A stretch of 64,000 nucleotides of DNA, taken from the NCBI RefSeq assembly GCF_037042905.1, contig NC_087257.1, positions 18,414,001 to 18,478,000 on the forward strand, given 5' to 3'. A program made the position numbers and the translations under genes. The notes beneath the pieces are model-generated. The model was not told the DNA's origin. It was given only the letters and a program-made list of their open reading frames with translations, and did not search any database. This stretch comes from Lytechinus pictus. Its lineage: Eukaryota. Numbering within the stretch: the stretch's first letter is position 1; each line of letters opens with the position of its first letter. This document shows positions 59,401 to 64,000 of the stretch, in pieces.

Positions 59401-62400
59401 GTGTGTGCAGTTGCCATGACGATTATCCGCCTTTTTCAGGACGGGCGCTCGTAAAAATAGTGCGGATTATTTTCGGAGTTTGTGAACGCAATTTTTATTG
59501 AATTATCCGCATTACTCTTAGGCGGCTAATTGGAGGATGGGTTTATGAAAGGGGTATCCTCCAATTAGCCGCCTAAGAGTAATGCGGATAATTCAATAAA
59601 AATTGCGTTCACAAACTCCGAAAATAATCCGCTCTATTTTTACGAGCGCCCGTCCTGATAAAGGCGGATAATCGTCATGGCAACTGCACACACCCCCTCC
59701 GATGCGGTTGTGTTGGAAAAGGTTGACCTTGTGACCGCACCATGGCAATTATCCGCACTGTACTTTGGAAATGCGTTCATAAAGTAAAAATCTGGTCCCG
59801 ATGCCGCTATTATGCGGATAATTGCAGCATAAAAAAAATGCGGATAACTCTGGTCCTCCTCCGATTTTACGACCACATTATGCTGCTATAAGCCGCATAA
59901 TTGGGTTTATGAAAGGGGTATGCAACAAGAAGATGCTGCCAATGATATTTCGATAGCGGTGCGTCTGCCTAAAAAAAATTATGATCTCAAATTACACCTC
60001 CATTTACCAGAAGTACTTTCTCGTCCCAATGAAGGATTCAATAGTTCATCAAATTCTGGCAAGGGATCATGGGTGGCGGAGTAGAATATTATATTTTGTG
60101 TTGGGGGGGGGGGGGGAGGACACAACAAAAGGTGTCCCCTATGAACAAAGGATAATCTTCTGCTCAGCCGCCCATGCAATGGACCCCCTGCACCTCCATC
60201 TCACCCCTCTCTGAATCCGATATTGTCTGAATATCTTACCCATGTGCCGAAGACACACGATCTGCCCTGAGGACATCATACATGTACAAATCTCGCAGGA
60301 GCCGCCTGCTCTCTTCATCCCCCGCCTCTCGACTCGGCTGCTTGTAGAAGTAGAGGTACCCTTGAGCAAGCTCGTCCGCGCCTTCGCCAGAGAAGACAAC
60401 TGCTGTATCGGTCTGGCTGCGAATGTACTTGAGCAGGAAGTACATAGCTAGTGCAAGAGAATGGAGGATGATTAGTCATAACTTTGTATTTTTACGTGAA
60501 GCAACCCTTCAAAAAGCATCACTTAGCTTTCAAAAGGCAAAAATTGTGCACGAACATCTGTGTAGTAGTGCCAAATTTAGATGTTGGCTATCGAAATTAC
60601 TCAACTTCCATAAACTTTGTCCAGGGCATACCTGTTTCTAGGATTTGGTAATCGATCATCTTTCACAGAATTTGTGATTTCACAGAGTTAGATTTATGCA
60701 AATGAACGATGACAATTAACCGTACGGACTTTCTTTACAATACTTGTCTGGTGCAACTTCAGATAGCTTTGAATTGGACTACAGAATACATGGAATACGG
60801 GTTAATGGGTTTTTTTTGTGTAGCATTGCATCTTAGTTCAATTTATTTTTGAATTGTTTCAAATAGGTACAAACCTATACTTGGTCTGATGCTCATGATG
60901 TCATATGTCTCGAGGGAATAGATGACGTCACGGACAGCCGCAATGCCTTGTGGGATAGTGAATGTGATTTCGTGGTGCTCACTGCCGATATGGGAGGAAA
61001 CCTATAAAAAGACAAACCAGTAAAGAAGTATACACCAATGAAACCAACTCCTGGCCCCCGTCTTGCAAAGAGTTACGATTGATTCGATCAATCTCAAGAA
61101 TATGGAAATCCATCAATGTCATAATTTTTTCTTTTAGAAATTTGTTCAATATCCTTTAGAAACAAAGAGAAGCAGACTGAATTGTTAAGAAAACAGTTAA
61201 TGTATGAATATATGTCATTTCTAGAAAATATTTTGAACAAACATGTATTTCAGATGTTGACGTTGCTGGCTTTCCATAGTTGCGATTGATCGGATCAATC
61301 GCAACTCTTTGTAAGACGGGTCCCAGGGCTCCATAACGCAAAGGTTTGCAATTAATAACTAAATACCAATGACCAATCGAGATCCTCGTTGCATGCGCAC
61401 TCTGTTTAGGAGCCAATGAGTGCGGTTCTTTCATATATTAGCAATTCATCGCAAACCTTTGTGTTACGGAGCCGGCTAGCCCAGGAGGGTGTTTCATAAA
61501 GCTGTTCGTAAAGTTACGCACAACTTTACGCACGGTTGGAACATGTTCTTAGGTCATAAATCAATTATATTATAGGGATATCACATAGCACAAGAAAGGA
61601 TCACCAGTCGTGCGTAAAGTCATTCGTATCTTACGAACAGCTTTATGAAACACCCACCAGATCGTTCAATACGTTAATTTGAATAAGTATTTAGGATCGT
61701 CGGTCGGTTTGGATTCGGTTTCGTTGGTGCGACTGTTACAACGATTTACTGTATCCAATGAAGAAAAAATCGACCATGCAGGCATGATAAAATATTCTCA
61801 ATGTTAAACGTAATTTTTCTGTAACACACACTATGAGCATTTTTACATAAAAAAAACGATTTTAATGATAAAATGTATTAATGTATGTGTGGTATATACA
61901 AGGGCGTAGGCTGGTTTGAGCATGGGGAGGTGCACATGCATCCTGGGGAGGGGGAGTAAAGTGGTATGGGGTGCACATCTTGGGGAGGTGGAACTAAAGT
62001 TAGGAAAATAAGCTGTTGAAAGCAGAGCAATGGGTACAAATTTCGTTTTGCTTGTCAGTGTCGGAACTCCTCTGCCTCAGCGGGAGGGTGCACGTGCACC
62101 CAAGGTACACCCCTAGCATACGCCCTTGTATGTACTTTCGTATGTATTGAAGTTTTCCCTATACATCTTTAAGTATTGTTCACTGAGCTAACGCTGTATT
62201 TTCTTGAATAAGACTCAGAGTACGGTAGCGTTGTTTGGCATATGCAAAATAGTGTTCGATTGGAAATGCATAATTTTATACATTTTTTCCATCATATTTG
62301 GTGCATGACATGCTAGGAACGTCCGGGAGGAAAGTCCCTGTCCTGATTCGTCGGTCTTTCACGTCAAGACTGCTTTAGTTTGTACTCCTGATACTGATCT

Positions 62401-63158
62401 ATCTGTCTATACTGACTGCGATACCATCGAGCTCTATATAGCTTGCTGTTTGTCTTGCGGTGGTGATGACTTTTATATAAGGGTGTGAGAATGATGGGGG
62501 GCCAGAAGATGGTTAACGCGTTTTTTTAATGAATTGTGACATTTATAGAATGTCACATTTGAGGGTTTAAAGTACCTTTCTCGCTGCAGCTATGTCCGGA
62601 CTTCCGTCCATCCCAACAGAGAATGTTTGTAGCGGGTACCCCCTTGGATGTTCACCTAGAATCTTAGAGACCGAGGCTGCGAGAAGACTGGAATCAAGAC
62701 CACCTTTAAGATGATTTATGCATGGAAGATAATTCTTTACTTTTGAAATCGGAACATGTAAAATCACGGTATATAGGAATACGAAAATCCTTGAATAAAG
62801 AAACGTACAAAACACCAACAAAGCGAGGGTCAAGTTAAATTCTCTTCCGGCTTTTATGGTAAAATCCTTCAAACAATATCACATCGATATCACACCGTCT
62901 TTTTTGTTACGATAAATATGCCCACCCTCCCTGAATTACGAGAGATATTAGGACATTTTCGGAGTTAAAACCTTTAACTCCTATTTTGATTGACAAATCC
63001 ACACCCAAAATCAATCCACATAATTTTTGTACCAGCCTTATTATAAATCAAGTTACCTGATAATAAACATCCAATGCGTCGAGTACTCATCAACCGTTTT
63101 CTAACAGCGTCCTCAAAAAGACGACGGACGTTTGATAGGACGTCATCAGATAGACCGA
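56197..63158 (-). CDS. ASNS: Asparagine synthetase [glutamine-hydrolyzing]-like, synthetase domain (last six exons; 5' part beyond right edge)
   Basis: join(63158-63057,62703-62576,61001-60875,60447-60240,58653-58416,56469-56197), GT-AG and phase-consistent; [40 protein letters not shown], EILWRxKE, WMPRW. Confidence 0.94.
56497..56992. mobile_element. Kolobok-like element, same family as 1828-2254
   Basis: TTAA TSD; TIR AGGGATGGTCC.GGCTG. Confidence 0.87.
57764..58052 (-). mobile_element. tRNA-derived SINE family A
   Basis: A/B boxes (GGTTCGAATCC), (TAT)n tail; matches 19782-20085. Confidence 0.9.
58416..58653 (-). CDS. ASNS: ASNS exon (LEIRVPFLD...[14 protein letters not shown]...FEQQ)
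   Basis: ccctag / gtatgc. Confidence 0.95.
58919..60180. repeat. ~1.26-kb near-perfect palindrome (two ~620-bp arms, 17-nt spacer)
   Basis: 58919-59538 is the reverse complement of 59556-60180. Confidence 0.92.
59178..59554. mobile_element. TA-flanked MITE (Tc1/mariner-like target); inverted copy 59557-59918, partial copy 58757-58922
   Basis: ta|CCCCTTTCATAAACCC...GGGTTTATGAAAGGGG|ta; internal TTATCCGCA repeats. Confidence 0.85.
60240..60447 (-). CDS. ASNS: ASNS exon ([10 protein letters not shown]...[12 protein letters not shown]...[13 protein letters not shown])
   Basis: cactag / gtaaga. Confidence 0.95.
60875..61001 (-). CDS. ASNS: ASNS exon ([11 protein letters not shown]...[17 protein letters not shown])
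   Basis: ttatag / gtttgt; HIGSEHHE and LETYD motifs. Confidence 0.93.
61053..61658. mobile_element. Three abutting MITEs (61053-61324, 61326-61473, 61484-61658)
   Basis: Each has its own TIR pair: CCCGTCTT.CAAAGAGTT, GGCTCC.TAAC.CAAAGGTTTGC, GGGTGTTTCATAAAGCTGTTCGTAA. Confidence 0.82.
61899..62128. mobile_element. MITE
   Basis: TIR CAAGGGCGTA / TACGCCCTTG with GGTGCAC motifs. Confidence 0.6.
62576..62703 (-). CDS. ASNS: ASNS exon ([12 protein letters not shown]...[19 protein letters not shown])
   Basis: ttaaag / gtactt; completes the SGGLDS PP-loop. Confidence 0.94.
63057..63158 (-). CDS. ASNS: ASNS exon ([33 protein letters not shown])
   Basis: ttacag / gtaact. Confidence 0.93.
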
Positions 63159-64000
63159 CTGTAAACCATGGAAGCAAAAAGGTTGTTGAATATAAACATG
63201 TACATGTATTTTGTAAAGATATGAAAATGTATACATAAGAGAGACATGAAACAGAAAGTGAAAATGCCACTAAAAAGATAGGAATCATTTTTTTTAATCA
63301 AAAATTGGAAAGCTTCGCAACCAATCTTTAAAACTTTGGGAGAAAAAAAAAGAGGAGAAAACACGGTTCCTTGGGTAAGGTACTGTCCTCACATTGATTG
63401 AAAACCAACCAACTTTTATGTAATTTCAACCCAATGCTAGATCATTTTAAGATTACAATATAATAAAATGTGTCTGTTTTTCTCATCAAAATCATCTTGC
63501 CTTTCTCAATATCATTCTATTTAAACCGAATTATGCACCCTCACTGGAATGGGGTTTTATCACACGGAGGTAAAACTGTTGCCGCTGTAAATTATGTTAA
63601 GTGGTACATTAGGTAAGTGAATTTTCTGACAATTATAAAAAAAAATAAAGTGGTGGAAAAAACAATTATTAAAGAAATATCTAGCCAGCAATTATGTTTT
63701 GACTTTTTTCCAATCCTCCTCATTTGTTACATTTGTTTATTTTTACACTCCAAATATTTGCAATGTATGCAACTGAGTAGTAAAGATTCTCTCAAGAATG
63801 ATATTCGTTTTGTTACTAAGAAGTTGAAACTCTTGATCATTTATTTGAAAAAATATTGGACATAAATTAAGGTTAAAAGAATTGGAGAATCTCTCAATGG
63901 AAGACACTTTGTTAGGATTGATGGAAGTTCAAATAGGATAAAATGTTTTAAAAAAGTAATTTTAATAGTTAAAAAAGAGATTTATTCTGCAAGGCAGGAA

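Overview
AT-rich, intron-containing animal genomic DNA. The repeat content (tRNA-derived SINEs with (TAA)n tails, many MITEs, poly-G tracts) suggests an invertebrate deuterostome, probably a sea urchin; this is an inference. Three protein-coding genes, all on the minus strand, were reconstructed by hand from GT-AG boundaries with consistent phases. (1) The first two recognisable coding exons of an SLC23/NAT nucleobase-ascorbate transporter (paralog A, 192-1199; it continues off the left edge). (2) A complete 14-exon SLC23/NAT paralog B (24336-38589, about 643 aa) with an [10 protein letters not shown] signature. (3) The last six exons of an asparagine synthetase (ASNS)-like gene (56197-63158; the glutaminase half lies off the right edge). 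Non-coding space is filled with non-autonomous DNA transposons (Kolobok-, hAT-Charlie-, Harbinger-, EnSpm-, Academ-, Ginger- and Tc1-like), SINEs, satellites and two assembly gaps. The most notable observations are substitutions in normally conserved ASNS synthetase motifs, a tandem triplication of the ASNS C-terminal coding end into its 3' UTR, a ~1.26 kb MITE-centred palindrome in an ASNS intron, a decayed reading frame or CCAAT cluster in the SLC23-B first exon, and several nested insertions. No clearly novel multi-gene system is demonstrable from sequence alone.
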